A stretch of 64,000 nt of DNA from Azolla caroliniana. Its lineage: Eukaryota; Plantae; Polypodiophyta. Made by a program: the position numbers and the translations under genes. Every line of letters starts with the position of its first letter. Position 1 is the stretch's first letter. Below, piece by piece: positions 63,836-64,000 of the stretch. The stretch spans positions 18,538,001 to 18,602,000 of the forward strand of contig JBHGNT010000016.1 of assembly GCA_043228905.1 (NCBI GenBank). The letters run 5' to 3'. The notes beneath the pieces are model-generated. The model saw only the letters and a program-made list of their open reading frames with translations. It was not told where the DNA came from and did no database searches.

Positions 63836-64000
63836 AAAAGCTTTTGAATGAATGAATACACGCATGGAGATAGATAGATAGATAGAGAGAGAGTGTGTCT
63901 CACTGTAGCGGGCTTGTCTTCAACACGATTTCGGAGGTATTCAGTTCCCCCACTCTGGAGCCTTGGCTGTTTGCGAAATTTAACCGTCTTGGATGAGAGG

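Overview
Eukaryotic land-plant genomic DNA: AT-rich, GT-AG introns, TE-rich. The gene and TE content suggests a non-flowering plant such as a fern, but that is inference. Five host genes can be spliced by eye: the 3' part of a GDSL esterase/lipase (+, 34-767), a TMKL1-like LRR receptor pseudokinase (-, 7986-10262), an 11-exon E2F dimerisation partner DP (-, 17931-24697), a GT31 beta-1,3-galactosyltransferase (+, 49687-54053) and RNase H2 subunit A (-, 58223-63208). The intergenic space holds decayed Ty1/copia and Ty3/gypsy elements, several solo LTRs (two with exact 5-bp TSDs), LINE fragments, hAT-type MITEs with exact 8-bp TSDs, microsatellites and many local tandem duplications. The most unusual items are: (i) a ~420-440 bp element with no convincing TIRs, present three times and always joined to a GA/GATA microsatellite; (ii) a 664-bp inverted duplication of copia gag/protease next to its own PBS and LTR, a potential hairpin-RNA silencing locus; (iii) a 48-bp minisatellite split by a solo LTR in the galactosyltransferase promoter; (iv) a non-L1-looking LINE relic, interrupted by a MITE, in the RNase H2A intron. 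No CRISPR array, prokaryotic system or rRNA/tRNA gene was found.
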